NCBI GenBank assembly: GCA_041918795.1
Contig: JAYRUZ010000001.1
Span: forward strand, 1 to 59,442
Source: Azonexus sp.
Lineage (GTDB): Bacteria; Pseudomonadota; Gammaproteobacteria; Burkholderiales; Rhodocyclaceae
DNA length: 59,442 nucleotides
Reading direction: 5' to 3'
The translations under genes were made by a program, and so were the position numbers. Below the pieces are notes generated by a model. It was not told where the DNA came from. It did not search any database and was given only the letters and a program-made list of their open reading frames with translations. Shown one piece after another: positions 58,924 to 59,442 of this stretch. Within the stretch, counting starts at the first letter, position 1, and each line of letters opens with the position of its first letter.

Positions 58924-58953
58924 ATTATATCCGCAAAACCACTATTACTGCAA
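58924..58953 (-). promoter_or_regulatory. Sigma70-type promoter upstream of rplC
   Basis: TTGCAG-18-TATAAT on the minus strand. Confidence 0.65.
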
Positions 58954-59256
58954 CTTGATTTCGACGTCGACGCCAGCCGGCAAATCCAGCTTCATCAAAG
59001 CATCAACAGTCTTGTCAGTCGGATCGACAATATCCATCAAGCGGAGATGGGTGCGAATCTCGAGCTGATCACGGGAAGCCTTGTTCACGTGCGGGGAACG
59101 CAGGATATCGAAACGCTGCTTGCGGGTCGGCAGCGGCACAGGACCACGCACGACAGCGCCGGTACGCTTGGCAGTTTCAACGATTTCCTGAGCAGATTGG
59201 TCAATCAGGCGATAGTCGAAGGCCTTGAGGCGGATACGGATTTTTTGATTTTGCAT
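58945..59256 (-). CDS. rpsJ: 30S ribosomal protein S10
   Basis: [16 protein letters not shown]. Confidence 0.98.
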   Translation of the reverse strand: MQNQKIRIRLKAFDYRLIDQSAQEIVETAKRTGAVVRGPVPLPTRKQRFDILRSPHVNKASRDQLEIRTHLRLMDIVDPTDKTVDALMKLDLPAGVDVEIKLQ

Positions 59257-59318
59257 GATGGCTTCCAAAGAACATTGGGGCGAGAACTTTGCTCCCGCCC
59301 CGAATTAAAAAAGAGCGA

Positions 59319-59442
59319 TTACTCGATGATCTTAGCGACGACGCCGGCGCCGACGGTACGACCGCCTTCACGGATGGCGAAGCGCAGACCTTCTTCCATA
59401 GCGATCGGTGCGATCAGCTTGACGGTCATCTGGATGTTGTCA
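59319..59442 (-). CDS. tuf: Elongation factor Tu, 3' end (partial)
   Basis: [31 protein letters not shown]. Confidence 0.97.
   Translation of the reverse strand, partial: DNIQMTVKLIAPIAMEEGLRFAIREGGRTVGAGVVAKIIE

Overview
The window has two parts. (1) Bases 1 to ~37203 are an apparently complete ~37.2 kb Mu-like (transposable) prophage with a siphovirus-type tail. It runs TGT...TCA with matching terminal repeat motifs. The repressor/ner switch sits in the middle. Protease-capsid, head-completion, fibre and tail genes read leftward. Transposase A/B, early accessory, GemA, Mor/C, lysis, terminase, portal and gpF genes read rightward. (2) Bases ~37.3-59.4 kb are host chromosome of a betaproteobacterium (Dechloromonas/Rhodocyclales-like, inferred). 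This part holds a lipoprotein, SPOR and DUF2802-like proteins, a FadL porin, an acyl-CoA thioesterase, an ATM1-like ABC exporter, a Rec-HATPase/Rec-PAS-PP2C pair, the S10-spc-alpha ribosomal cluster and the 3' end of tuf. The main observations are: a repressor operon in which the repressor C-terminus and the N-terminus of the next (Zn-ribbon membrane) protein share an NxGQVxE amyloid/RHIM-like motif, followed by a prepilin-like protein and a secreted DUF4124-like protein; three identically spaced late promoters, two with hairpins that would hide the RBS only in read-through transcripts; a -1 frameshift in the tail chaperone with both frames open; and a fused protease-scaffold-capsid gene rich in (hydrophobic)-x-E/[AS] sites. 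All family assignments come from motif recognition and synteny, not database searches.
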